DNA from: Trueperaceae bacterium
Lineage (GTDB): Bacteria; Deinococcota; Deinococci; Deinococcales; Trueperaceae
Reading direction: 5' to 3'
DNA length: 64,000 nt
Assembly (NCBI GenBank): GCA_965214405.1
Contig: OZ243956.1
Span: 2,720,001 to 2,784,000 of the forward strand
Position numbers and translations under genes: made by a program. Position 1 is the stretch's first letter; each line of letters opens with the position of its first letter. Below, piece after piece: positions 10,400-20,037 of this stretch. Under the pieces are notes generated by a model. It was not told the origin of the DNA, did no database searches, and was given only the letters and a program-made list of their open reading frames with translations.

Positions 10400-11374
10400 T
10401 TATAGCTCTACAACTTCCGGGTTGAGCAAGTGCGAAACGCGTTCGCCCTTCAGTACAGCAATGATGGCCTCCGCGCAGAGTCGCCCCATCGCCTCTCGAG
10501 TGCCCGTCGTGGCCGAGCCCGTGTGCGGGGCAAGCACCACGTTAGGCAAATCGCGCAAACCCGGCGAGAGTTCCGGCTCGTTTTCAAACACGTCGAGCCC
10601 CGCGCCCCAAATCCGGCGTTCGCGTAAGAAACGCTCCAACGCCCGCTCGTCCACCAGCGGCCCGCGCGAGGTGTTGACGAGCACCGCCGTGGGCTTCATC
10701 ATGCCCAACTCGGCCTCACCGACCAGGTAACGCGTTTCGTCGGTTAGGGGCGCGTGAACGCTGACAAAGTCACTCTCTTTAAGAAGGTCGTGAAGGTCAC
10801 GGTAGTTCGCACCCAACGCGGATTCCGCCGCCTCATCCCTCGAGCGGTTGTGGTAGAGCAGCCTCATCCCGAAACCCTTGGCGCGCGCCGCCACCGCCCG
10901 CCCGATGCGGCCCATGCCGATGATGCCGAGCGTCCTGCCCGAAACGTCTAAACCCAAAAGCTGCTTGGGTGCCCAGCCCCGCCACGCGCCGGAGCGGACG
11001 AGCGCGTCGCCCTCAATAACGCGGCGCGCGGCTCCCAAAAGGAGCATCAGCGCGTGGTCGGCGGTGGTGTCGGTCAGCACGTCCGGCGTGTTGCTCACCG
11101 CGACGCCGCGCGCTGTGCAGGCGGCGACGTCGATGTTGTTGTGGCCCACGGCGAAGTTGGCGATGATTTTGAGGAGCGGCCCCGCCGCCTCTAACAGCTC
11201 CTCGTCCACCTTTTCTGACAGGAGCGTCAGCAGGGCGTCGTAACCGCGCACGCGCTCCAAGAGTTTAGCTCGAGGGATAGGCGTGTCGGATTCGTAAACG
11301 TCCACTTCCAAACCGTCTCTCAACATATCCAGCGTGGCGTCGGGAACGGAGCGGGTGACAAAAATCCTGGGCAT
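10400..11374 (-). CDS. D-2-hydroxyacid dehydrogenase (glyoxylate reductase / D-glycerate dehydrogenase)
   Basis: GMGRIG, NTSRG, LDVFENEP, APHTGS. Confidence 0.93.
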   Translation of the reverse strand: MPRIFVTRSVPDATLDMLRDGLEVDVYESDTPIPRAKLLERVRGYDALLTLLSEKVDEELLEAAGPLLKIIANFAVGHNNIDVAACTARGVAVSNTPDVLTDTTADHALMLLLGAARRVIEGDALVRSGAWRGWAPKQLLGLDVSGRTLGIIGMGRIGRAVAARAKGFGMRLLYHNRSRDEAAESALGANYRDLHDLLKESDFVSVHAPLTDETRYLVGEAELGMMKPTAVLVNTSRGPLVDERALERFLRERRIWGAGLDVFENEPELSPGLRDLPNVVLAPHTGSATTGTREAMGRLCAEAIIAVLKGERVSHLLNPEVVEL

Positions 11375-11528
11375 ATTTCACATGTACCACGCGCGCGGCG
11401 GCGCTTCAACGGTAAACGCCAAGCTTCTCGTGAACTACTTGTAAACTTGCGCGAAAAAATGTGCTGTGCTTTTCTCTGGTACTGTACCTGATGACGCTTT
11501 CCCACCAAACCTCCTCAGAAACACATCC

Positions 11529-12725
11529 GTGAACGCGGACGTGACGCCGCGCGCGGCGCGTCGGGCCGTCCTGACGCTCTTTTTCGTGAACGGGACGGTG
11601 CTCTCGAGCTGGTTCCCGTACATCCCTCTGGTGCAGGAGCGGCTGGGCTTGAGCGAGGGGGTGCTGGGGCTGGCGCTGCTCGGCACCGCCGTGGGGGCCA
11701 TCACCGCGATGCCCCTCGCCGGAATATTTATCGCACGATTGGGGAGTCAGCACGTCATGCGCGTGGCGACGGTGGTTTTTTGCCTCTCGCTGCCCTTGCC
11801 CGTGTTGGCTCCGAGTCTTCCGCTGCTCGTGCTCGCGCTCGTGATTTTCGGGGCGGGCAACGGCGCGATGGACGTGGCGATGAACGCGCAGGCGGTGGGG
11901 GTCGAAGAAGCGCACGGCGGGGCCATCATGTCGTCTTTTCACGCGCTCTTTAGCGTGGGCGGGCTCGTGGGCTCGAGCTTGGGCGGCCTTCTCATCTTCG
12001 TGGGCGTCTCCCCCGCCCTTCACGTTCTTTTCATAACGTTCGTGTTCGGCCTCACCGGTTTGGTGGCGTTGCGGTGGTTGTGGATTGACAAGATTGACAA
12101 GGCCGAAGACGCGGAGGCGGGCGGGCCTACCTTTGTTCGTCCCACGGGGCCTCTTTTGGCGCTCGGCCTGCTCGCCTTTTTCGTGCTCGTCGGCGAGGGA
12201 GCGGTGGCGGACTGGAGCGCGGTTTATTTAACCAACGCGCTGGGGACGGGCGCGGGTTTGGGCGCTCTCGGCTTCGCCGCCTTTTCGCTGATGATGGCGG
12301 TGGGGCGCTTTACGGGCGACCGGATGGTCGCCCGCTTCGGGCCGGTGCCGCTGATGCGCTCGAGCGCCGCCTTGGCGGCGGTGGGTCTTGGCGTGGGGCT
12401 GCTTATCGGTCGGCCCGTCGCCGCCATTATCGGTTTCGGCTGCGTCGGCTTGGGGCTTTCCAACCTCATCCCCATCCTCTTTAGCGCCGCGGGCCGGACG
12501 CCGGGGGTCAACGCGGGCACGGCGATTGCGGCGGTCTCGAGCGCGGGCTACTTCGGCTTTCTGGCCGGGCCGCCCCTCATCGGGCTCCTCGCCGAAGTGA
12601 CCTCCTTGCCGCTCGCGCTGGGGCTGGTGGTGCTCTTTACCGCGCTGGTGGCGGTTTTTGCCCACGCCGCGGGCCGCGCGACACGGGCGCGGGTGCCGGA
12701 TACGGTGCAGGAGCCGCTGGTTTAG
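11529..12725 (+). CDS. MFS transporter (start uncertain; frame open from 11466)
   Basis: About 12 hydrophobic segments; DVAMNAQA, EGAVADWS, GR..GD. Confidence 0.92.
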   Translation: MNADVTPRAARRAVLTLFFVNGTVLSSWFPYIPLVQERLGLSEGVLGLALLGTAVGAITAMPLAGIFIARLGSQHVMRVATVVFCLSLPLPVLAPSLPLLVLALVIFGAGNGAMDVAMNAQAVGVEEAHGGAIMSSFHALFSVGGLVGSSLGGLLIFVGVSPALHVLFITFVFGLTGLVALRWLWIDKIDKAEDAEAGGPTFVRPTGPLLALGLLAFFVLVGEGAVADWSAVYLTNALGTGAGLGALGFAAFSLMMAVGRFTGDRMVARFGPVPLMRSSAALAAVGLGVGLLIGRPVAAIIGFGCVGLGLSNLIPILFSAAGRTPGVNAGTAIAAVSSAGYFGFLAGPPLIGLLAEVTSLPLALGLVVLFTALVAVFAHAAGRATRARVPDTVQEPLV

Positions 12726-12861
12726 GTTTGGGGTAGAAGAGACAGTCTAGGGCCACAAGAGTAACCGTCACAGCCAAGCTCAAACGTGGTTTCGATACAA
12801 AGGCACTAAAGCAGCTCATGTTGCCGTACTATACTTAGTCAATGTTACTAGAGGAGGTGAG

Positions 12862-13632
12862 GTGATGGCGCAGGACAATTTGACTTTGGTGCTAGACGGC
12901 GAGGTAACTCTTGACGAGTTCGCTACTGCTGTTAAGGGGTTGAAAGACCTCGTCAACGCCTTGTCTCGAGAGGTCGCAAAAAAAGAGCGTATCAAGTGGG
13001 TAGTGGCCGATTTAGAGTCGGGCAGCGCTTTTGCAACTATCGCCGGACGTTCTGACGCGCCCCAGAGCGTTGAGGCTGTCGTTCACGCTTATGAAGCAGT
13101 CGGCGTAGCGTTACAACGGCACACGCAAGTTCCTTATTCTCGTAAAGTTCGTGAGTATGCTAAAAACATTTACAGCGTGCTCGAACGTCCTGAGCGAAGC
13201 GTAACTTCATTGCGCTTTGAAACTCCCCTGTCTGAAGTGTTAGTGACGCCAGAAAACGTAGAACAACCCACGCAGGCCGCGTTGATATCGGCGTTTGGAG
13301 CCCTTGAAGGGCGCGTACAAACTCTGACGAACCGTGGAGGGTTGAGGTTTACTCTTTATGACGCGTTGTATGACAAACCTATCTCCTGTTATCTGACGCC
13401 GGGACTCGAGGATGCTATGCGGAGTGTCTGGGGACGCCGCGCCGTAGTCGAGGGATGGATAAGCCGTGACCCTGAGACGGGTCGTCCACTCAGTATCAGA
13501 CAAATAGTCCATATAGAACCCCTGCCGGAAGTTTCTACGGGTGCGTTCCGCGCCGCCAGAGGACTCGTCTCTTTTACCAGTAAGCAGCTCAAATCTGAAA
13601 ACCTTTTGCGGCAAGTCCGAGATGCCGAGTAA
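12862..13632 (+). CDS. Uncharacterised 256-aa partner of the PIN toxin (possible OB-fold C-terminal half and antitoxin-like tail)
   Basis: Strong RBS GAGGAGGTG; overlaps the PIN start by 11 nt; lower GC than flanks. Confidence 0.8.
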   Translation: MMAQDNLTLVLDGEVTLDEFATAVKGLKDLVNALSREVAKKERIKWVVADLESGSAFATIAGRSDAPQSVEAVVHAYEAVGVALQRHTQVPYSRKVREYAKNIYSVLERPERSVTSLRFETPLSEVLVTPENVEQPTQAALISAFGALEGRVQTLTNRGGLRFTLYDALYDKPISCYLTPGLEDAMRSVWGRRAVVEGWISRDPETGRPLSIRQIVHIEPLPEVSTGAFRAARGLVSFTSKQLKSENLLRQVRDAE

Positions 13633-14101
13633 CCCACCACGCATTTACTTTGATGCTTGCGTTTTTCTTGCTTATGTGAGCGGGGAGGCAGACAGAGCGC
13701 CAACTATAGAGCTTTTGTTCGAAAAGAGTGAAGCGGGAGAAATAGATATAGTCACCTCTACTACGTCAATTACAGAAGTGACTTACGTTTTAGGAGAGCA
13801 GGAAGCAGAGAAGTTAGACCCGGACATAGAGTCCAAACTTGATAACCTGTTTGGTGACGTTAAAACGGTTGTTCTTGCTGAATTTAGCTCGTTGGTGGCG
13901 AGGGACGCGCGCACGTTAATTCGTGAAAGCCTCGTCTTGCCTGTAAACACCCTGAAGCCAATGGACGCCATACATTTAGCCACCGCACAGAGGTTGAGGG
14001 TACAAGAATTTTTGACGTACGATAAGAAAGTGCTTAGACACAACGGAAGGTTCTCTTTTCCTGTAAAAGAGCCGTTTGTCTCGCAGCATAAGCTCATATG
14101 A
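13622..14101 (+). CDS. PIN-domain (VapC-like) ribonuclease toxin
   Basis: IYFDACVF, SITEV, DAIHLATA and TYD give the four acidic PIN residues; ATG 13622 overlaps the upstream gene. Confidence 0.9.
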   Translation: MPSNPPRIYFDACVFLAYVSGEADRAPTIELLFEKSEAGEIDIVTSTTSITEVTYVLGEQEAEKLDPDIESKLDNLFGDVKTVVLAEFSSLVARDARTLIRESLVLPVNTLKPMDAIHLATAQRLRVQEFLTYDKKVLRHNGRFSFPVKEPFVSQHKLI

Positions 14102-14247
14102 GTGGTTTCAGTCCGGCGTATAGCTAACTCGCAACGGTTTAGTTCCCACAAAGGTCACGATGTGCTCTCCCAACCCTTCACGTGGGCGTGTTTCGAATGC
14201 GTTCTGAGAGAGGTCAATCGTGGGGAGGTCTTTTCTTTATAGGGCGA

Positions 14248-14289
14248 GCAACTTCGTTCAAGACGGTGCCCCGTGACAGTCTCTAAGCT
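14248..14289 (+). promoter_or_regulatory. Activator box 1 (GCAACTTCGTTCAAGAC) plus -10 TAAGCT
   Basis: Box 14248-14264, 19-nt gap, TAAGCT 14284-14289; upstream of the SMP-30-like gene. Confidence 0.8.
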
Positions 14290-14356
14290 CGAGCCCAGCC
14301 AGCGCGCTCACGCGTGTGCTGATTGAGGTGTGCTGGACTCGAGAGGAGACAAAAAT

Positions 14357-15420
14357 ATGAATATTGCAGGGTACGAAAGAGCGCTCCACAGGCACCATGA
14401 GCGTTATGTTTTCAGGCGTTACGCCTTTACAATACTGGCCGCGACGCTCCTCACGCTCACCATGAGCGTGCGGGCGCAAGACGCGTCTTCTGACACCGGT
14501 ACCTTAGCACTACCCGGCGACGCGCTCTACCCGGAGGGCATCTTTGCGGCGGAGAACGGCGACTTGTTTGTGACGGGCTTCGGCAACGGCTCGATTCTCA
14601 AAATCACGGACGGCGAGAACGTAGAGGTTTTCAAGGAGGCGGGGGCGGACGGGCTCTCGAGCGCCGTCGGCTTGCACATTGATGAAGCCAACCGGCGGCT
14701 GTGGGTCGCCAACTTTACCGCGGACACGGGGAGCAGCGACCTCAAAATTTACGACGTCGCCTCGGGTGAGCTGCTCGCCTCTTTAGCCGCCCCGAACGAC
14801 GTCCCGCACTTTTTCAACGAAATCGCGCTCGACGAGCAGGGAAACGCCTACGTCTCCGACACCCTCGCGCCGATTATCTGGCGGGCGGGCGCGGACTTGT
14901 CGACCGTGGAAATCTTTGTCCAAGACCCCCTGCTCGACAACCCCGACCCCGGCCAGCCCTTCAGCCTCAACGGGCTCGCCATCACGCCCGACGGGGGCGC
15001 GCTCATCGCCTCGGTCATGGACCGCATCGACCAGGGGGACGGGCGCTTGTCTACATCGACTTGTTCGACGAAGAGGTGCGCGACATTGAGCTCGTAGGGG
15101 ACGCGGTGCCCGCCTTTGGCGGCTCGGATGGGATGTTTTTTGAGAACGGCACCTTGATTATGGTGAACGTGACGCCGCCCGCGTCGATTATGACCGCCGA
15201 CTTTAACGAAGACTACAGCCGCGCCGAGATGGTCTCGCGTGACGCGTTCGAGTCGGTTTACCGTCGCCCGACCTCCTCGGCGCTCCGTGACGGGCGGCTC
15301 TGGACGGTCAACAGCCAGTTGGACCACATCATCAACGACGAGAACGGGGCGCTGGGCACGCCGCCGGATTTGCCCTTTGAGCTGGTTCATGTGCCGCTAG
15401 ACGGGCTGCTGGGGCAATGA
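14357..15420 (+). pseudogene. Exported SMP-30/gluconolactonase-like beta-propeller, split by a 1-bp frameshift near 15046
   Basis: YPEGI, FFNEIALD, NGLAITPDG in one frame; continues as VYIDLFDEEVRDIEL...GSDGM in another; may be a sequencing error. Confidence 0.75.
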
Positions 15421-15469
15421 GCCTGTCCAGCATCACCTACGCCGTCACCTATGCTGACGGGGTGCTCCC

Positions 15470-16459
15470 ATGACGAGCCGCCCTTCCTTTCTATTCACAG
15501 CGCTTCTTTTTGGCCTACTCAGCGCGTGCAGCCCCGCGCAGACCCAAACCGCCGCGTTTGATCTCGTGGTCACGAGCGCCGCGGCGAGCGCCTCGAGGGG
15601 CGGCAACGGCGCGCCCCTGCGCTTCGACGGCGAGACGGGCGCGTACCTCGGGCGCTACGGCGCGGACGCCGGATTAACTGACCCGCGCGACATTTTGCTC
15701 GAGCTGCCCGACCCGCGCACCATTGTGACGGACGGTCTGCCCGAAGACGCCACGGTTTTAGTCGTCGGAGGCGACACGGTGGTGCGGCTGGACGCCCGCA
15801 CCGGACGCTTTCAGGAGACCGTGAGCGAGCTTGCGGGCCTCAACGCGGGCGGCCTCGTGATGGGGCCGGACGGCGACCTCTACGCCGGGGCGCGCACGGC
15901 GCGGACCATCGTCCGTTTCGACGGGCGCACCGGGGCCTCCCTCGGGAACTTCGTACCCGCGGGCGTGATGATGTTCCCGCGCGGCTTCGTGTTCGGCGCG
16001 GACGGCAACCTCTACTTGGGCAACGGCGCGGACCCGGCGACGGGTGAGGGGGGCGGCACGCTGATTAGGTTCGACGGCGCGACGGGCGCGGTGCTCGACG
16101 AGGCGTTCGTGACCGACCCCGAGCTGAGCCCGCTCGACGTGATTTTGGGGCTCGACGACAAGCTCTACGTAAGCAGCGAGTTTCCGTTTGGTCAGCCGGG
16201 CGCGAAGAGCACGGTGCGGGTTTACGGAGAAGACGGGAGGCTTATTGGCGTCCTCGACGCAGGCTTGGGCGAAGACGGCGAAGCGCTCCTCCAGGCCCCG
16301 CGCGGCGTGGGCTTCGGCCCCGACGGTCTGCTCTACGTGAGCAGCACGGGCACCGGAAGCGTCTTGCGCTTCGACCCCGCGACGGGCGAGTTTATAGACG
16401 TGTTCGCCCGCTACCCGGACCTCAACGGCCAGGCTCTGACCTTTGTTCCGCATCAGTAG
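15470..16459 (+). CDS. Lipoprotein beta-propeller (NHL/Vgb-like repeats)
   Basis: Lipobox LLSAC; repeated G..FGPDG.LYV and RFDG.TG blades. Confidence 0.85.
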   Translation: MTSRPSFLFTALLFGLLSACSPAQTQTAAFDLVVTSAAASASRGGNGAPLRFDGETGAYLGRYGADAGLTDPRDILLELPDPRTIVTDGLPEDATVLVVGGDTVVRLDARTGRFQETVSELAGLNAGGLVMGPDGDLYAGARTARTIVRFDGRTGASLGNFVPAGVMMFPRGFVFGADGNLYLGNGADPATGEGGGTLIRFDGATGAVLDEAFVTDPELSPLDVILGLDDKLYVSSEFPFGQPGAKSTVRVYGEDGRLIGVLDAGLGEDGEALLQAPRGVGFGPDGLLYVSSTGTGSVLRFDPATGEFIDVFARYPDLNGQALTFVPHQ

Positions 16460-16528
16460 GCGCTTCTTGCCTCTTACGCTAAGGGGGTCGCAAAATCGAG
16501 GTCTCTCAATCAGCCCCGCCACCCCGAC

Positions 16529-16570
16529 GCAAGATTCTTCAAGACCTCAGTGCCCGAAAGCTTTTAAGCT
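16529..16570 (+). promoter_or_regulatory. Activator box 2 (GCAAGATTCTTCAAGAC) plus -10 TAAGCT
   Basis: Box 16529-16545, 19-nt gap, TAAGCT 16565-16570. Confidence 0.8.
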
Positions 16571-16704
16571 CACCTCAGGCTGGTGCGGCTGTGCCCTGGT
16601 GCGGCTTTGCAAGGTTTCTTCCCGTCAAAGGTGCGGCGCCAGCCGTCAACGTTAGCCGGAGGCGCGCTAAGCCGTCCCTCAAAGAAAAAGAAATGGAGAC
16701 ATTG

Positions 16705-17415
16705 ATGAAATACCTCTTGACCGTCCTGAGCACCGCCCTACTCGGCCTGGGTCTCGCCCAGACGACCTTTAACGCTTCCCTCACGAACGTTTCCCCCACC
16801 GACATGATTCAAGTTTCCGGGCAGGACGTCATCCCCGCCCTCTCACCCGGCGTGTGGGTGGTCCACACCTCGCCCGCGCCGCTCTTCAAGAATGAGCAGG
16901 CCGACTTTGGCGAGGGGCTGGAAGCCGTCGCCGAAGACGGGTTCGCGGGAGACTTGGGCGAATCTTTGGAGGCGCTTGTCGCCGCGATGGAGTCGCGCAT
17001 GGGGGGCGCGGTCAAGTCGGCGGGCACCTTCACGGCCCTCAACAGCAGCGGCGCGCCCGGTCCGGCGCTGCCGGGCGACGGCTACATGTTTTCTTTTGAG
17101 GCTGAGCCCGGCGACTTCTTGACCCTCGCCACCATGTTCGGCGACTCGAATGACCTCTTCTTTGCGCCCACCGAGCAGGGCGTCCCGCTCTTTTCCCCCG
17201 ACGGCACGCCCCTATCGGGCGACGTCACCTCGTACCTGATTCTTTGGGACGCGGGCACCGAGGTCAACGAGGGTCCGGGCGGCGCGAACCAGGCCACCCG
17301 CCAGAGCGCGCGCAACACGGGCGAGGACGAAGGGGGCGTGGTTCGCGCGGTGGACGACGGTTTCATCTACCCGCTCAACACCTCCTGGGTCAGCATCACG
17401 GTGACGCCGCAGTAA
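16705..17415 (+). CDS. Exported spondin-N-domain protein
   Basis: Signal peptide; LSPGVWVVH, LEAVAEDG, ATMFGDSNDLF, WDAGTEVN. Confidence 0.85.
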   Translation: MKYLLTVLSTALLGLGLAQTTFNASLTNVSPTDMIQVSGQDVIPALSPGVWVVHTSPAPLFKNEQADFGEGLEAVAEDGFAGDLGESLEALVAAMESRMGGAVKSAGTFTALNSSGAPGPALPGDGYMFSFEAEPGDFLTLATMFGDSNDLFFAPTEQGVPLFSPDGTPLSGDVTSYLILWDAGTEVNEGPGGANQATRQSARNTGEDEGGVVRAVDDGFIYPLNTSWVSITVTPQ

Positions 17416-17429
17416 AGAAGTTTTTGAGC

Positions 17430-17470
17430 CTGCGGAGGCTGGCGCGTTCGCCAGCCTCCGCAGTTTCTTT
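17430..17470 (+). terminator. Intrinsic terminator
   Basis: CTGCGGAGGCTGGCG-cgtt-CGCCAGCCTCCGCAG then TTTCTTT. Confidence 0.85.
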
Positions 17471-17588
17471 GGGGCGTGTTAACCCTGTTAGGACAGCGTT
17501 CAAGAACGGTTCACGGCGAGGGTGTAAGCTGGACGCGACGGGGTCCCATTAAATTTGCACAAACCACCTAGGCGCGCGGGCGGCAGAA

Positions 17589-18458
17589 ATGGATGAGGGT
17601 ATGGCGGAAGTAGTTCAACCTGAAGGCATCAAGGTGTGGCGGCCACAGGAGTTTGCAGGCTTAGAGGTTGAGCTGTTTGAGAGTGTTCCGAGCCTCGAGA
17701 TGCCCCCCATCTACTTCGACGGCTTTTATGAGATGACGGTGGCTCGAGCGGGAAACTTCAGTTTTCGTTATATTAAGACTAAGCGTTATCTTGTCCCAAA
17801 AGAAGACCTCTTTGTTGTTCAGCATCCGGGCGAAACTGCGCGTATTACACCCCTAGACGACGCTCCAGCCACAGCGCGCACCCTGCGTTTTTATCCTGAA
17901 GCGATGGCAGAGGCTAAACGCGCCCTAAACCTCAAGCAAGACTCCTTTTACTTCCCCTCCATGTTTACAGAAGAACATCTGAACGCTCCCATCTCTCAAC
18001 TCGTTTCAAAAACCCTAATGGCGTTCGACAGAAACGAAAATCACTTGGAGTGCGAGTCGCGCTTGTTAAGACTCACCCACGCCGTCCTCACCCACTGCTC
18101 GGACACGCCGCCTCCGGAAGAAAAGTTGGGCAGAGAACACCAAGCCGTCTCACTCATTAAAGAGGTGGTGCAGGCGCACTATGAGCAGGAGCTAAAGCTC
18201 ACCCACCTCTCGCAACTCACCAACCTGAGCACCTTTTATCTCATCCGGGTGTTTCAGCGGGACGTGGGTCTGTCACCGCACGAGCACCAGACGGGGCTGC
18301 GGATTCATCATGCTAAAAACTTACTTGCCAAAGGCGAAAAGATTGCCGACGTGGCGTATAACGTGGGCTTTAACGACCAGGCGCACCTGACGCGGACCTT
18401 TAGGGACTACACCCAGACGACGCCGGGACGGTTCCAGAGGTGGAGTCTGGCGGGTTAA
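17589..18458 (+). CDS. AraC-family transcriptional regulator (sensor domain plus HTH)
   Basis: RVFQRDVGLSPHE, VAYNVGFNDQAHLTRTF. Confidence 0.93.
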   Translation: MDEGMAEVVQPEGIKVWRPQEFAGLEVELFESVPSLEMPPIYFDGFYEMTVARAGNFSFRYIKTKRYLVPKEDLFVVQHPGETARITPLDDAPATARTLRFYPEAMAEAKRALNLKQDSFYFPSMFTEEHLNAPISQLVSKTLMAFDRNENHLECESRLLRLTHAVLTHCSDTPPPEEKLGREHQAVSLIKEVVQAHYEQELKLTHLSQLTNLSTFYLIRVFQRDVGLSPHEHQTGLRIHHAKNLLAKGEKIADVAYNVGFNDQAHLTRTFRDYTQTTPGRFQRWSLAG

Positions 18459-18492
18459 GCAGCCTTAGCGCTTAGTTTAGGGAGGTCAAGCT

Positions 18493-18933
18493 GTGCTACC
18501 TTTTATCGTACTCGCGCTGCTCATCGGCGCGTCCATTCCCGTACAGGTTGCCGCCAACACGACGCTGCGTAATTTTCTGGGGCACCCCTTTTGGGTGTCC
18601 GTGGCGATATTCGCGCTCGGCCTCGCCCTGTCACTCGGGCTCGCGCTGGGCGTACGTTCGCCCGCGCCGAAGCTCGCCACGCTGTCGACTGTTCCCCTGT
18701 GGGCGTGGAGCGCGGCGTTCTTGGCGATTCTGTATCAGGTCGGTACGATCATCGCGGGGCCGCGTTTGGGGGCCGCCGCCCTTATCGGGCTGATTATCGC
18801 GGGGCAGCTCGTCACGGCGCTCCTCATTGACCACTACGGGCTCCTCAATTTCGAACTGCACCGCCTCAACTGGCAGCGCGTTTTGGGCGCGGTGCTCTTG
18901 CTGGGCGGCGTGACGCTTATCCGGCGGTTTTAG
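18493..18933 (+). CDS. DMT-family small membrane protein (YdcZ/DUF606-like)
   Basis: Q.A.N, PLWAW, PRLGAA, AGQL...IDHYG. Confidence 0.88.
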   Translation: MLPFIVLALLIGASIPVQVAANTTLRNFLGHPFWVSVAIFALGLALSLGLALGVRSPAPKLATLSTVPLWAWSAAFLAILYQVGTIIAGPRLGAAALIGLIIAGQLVTALLIDHYGLLNFELHRLNWQRVLGAVLLLGGVTLIRRF

Positions 18934-18958
18934 CGCTTCTGACTGCATCTTCAAATAT

Positions 18959-19102
18959 CTAGGCGTTCGGGAGGGTACCGAATTCGTTGTCTAGGTTCGC
19001 TTCTGACCACGCGCGGTCGTAAGGATCGAAAGAAACCTCACCCCGTTCTAAAGCAGCTTTAACGGCCTCGTCCCAACCCTGGCGCGGCTGTCTGACGGGT
19101 TT
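18959..19102 (-). pseudogene. Relic of an AbrB/MazE-like antitoxin C-terminus
   Basis: Start-less frame KPVRQPRQGWDEAVKAALERGEVSFDPYDRAWSEANLDNEF...*. Confidence 0.45.
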
Positions 19103-19115
19103 GAAAAAAGCAGCC

Positions 19116-19334
19116 TCACCTCTCGCCGAGCCAAAAGGCGTCGGGCAAAGGTGCGTCAGAGTCTTCGTCTATGGTCAGTGCGCCTTTGTGCATGTTGAGG
19201 ATGAGCGGCTGAGTATTTTCAGTCTCGAGCCTCCCCCGAAGCGACAGCGCGTATTCGTAGACCCCTATTGATACTTTTGGGGCCTGCAACTCCGGCGGCA
19301 GCGTTTCGATAACGGCGAATAACCCATCTTGCAT
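19116..19334 (-). CDS. DUF2281-like orphan antitoxin, probably degenerate
   Basis: IETLPPELQ...KGALTIDEDSDAPLPDAFWLGE resembles DUF2281/VapB-type tails. Confidence 0.5.
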   Translation of the reverse strand: MQDGLFAVIETLPPELQAPKVSIGVYEYALSLRGRLETENTQPLILNMHKGALTIDEDSDAPLPDAFWLGER

Positions 19335-19378
19335 AAACCCGTCCTAGCAAATTCGGGTGCGCGCAGGTTCAAGGCGGT

Positions 19379-19421
19379 GTAAGAGCCGTGTAAGGGACAG
19401 GTAAGGCGCGTCTGTCACACT
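19379..19421 (+). promoter_or_regulatory. Three GTAAG direct repeats at 11-bp phase plus -10-like CACACT (SARP/OmpR-type architecture)
   Basis: GTAAG at 19379, 19390 and 19401; CACACT at 19416; RBS GAGGAGGTG follows. Confidence 0.65.
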
Positions 19422-19445
19422 GCCTCAAAACGAGGAGGTGAGTTT

Positions 19446-19811
19446 ATGACGGACGCACATATAACTCCCCAGCCCGCGCAGCTTAGCGGGAGGGCGGAGC
19501 GCGCGGTGGCGGAGGCCAAAGGATATCTCTCTGAAAACTTTCGGGAGACGGTGTCGCTCGAGCGACTAGCCGAACTCACGCATACGAGCAAATTTCACCT
19601 CTGCCGGATGTTCACCCAGTCCGTGGGCGTTTCGCCCGTCACCTACCGGACCTCGCTGCGCGTGGAGGAGGCCAAGGTCCTCCTGAAGCGCGGCAGACCG
19701 CTCGCTCATGTGGCTTATGACGTGGGCTTTGCCGACCAAGCGCACCTGACGCGGCTCTTTAAGCGTCATGTGGGGGTTACGCCGGGACAGTACCAGGCTA
19801 AGAGCGCGTGA
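19446..19811 (+). CDS. Short AraC-family activator, DNA-binding domain only
   Basis: 121 aa; SKFHLCRMF...GVSP, VAYDVGFADQAHLTRLFK..VGVTPG; no sensor domain. Confidence 0.92.
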   Translation: MTDAHITPQPAQLSGRAERAVAEAKGYLSENFRETVSLERLAELTHTSKFHLCRMFTQSVGVSPVTYRTSLRVEEAKVLLKRGRPLAHVAYDVGFADQAHLTRLFKRHVGVTPGQYQAKSA

Positions 19812-19840
19812 GAACGTTTCATTGGCCGGGGAGGCCGCGC

Positions 19841-19881
19841 GCAACTTCTTTCAAGACGGGGGCCTCTTTGAACCGTAGCCT
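19841..19881 (+). promoter_or_regulatory. Activator box 3 (GCAACTTCTTTCAAGAC) plus -10 TAGCCT
   Basis: Box 19841-19857, 18-nt gap, TAGCCT 19876-19881; upstream of the Crp/Fnr gene. Confidence 0.78.
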
Positions 19882-20037
19882 TGGGATAGCGCGACGTCAA
19901 GCGGTTTTTGTTAACCGGTGAAGCGCAGATGGACCCGCTACGGGGCACCCGTCACCACCGCAACGACGTCCTAAACCCTCACGTATGAACCCTACCCGCT
20001 CAAATCAGCGTCTTGGCTGCTCTAAAGGAGGCTCGAG

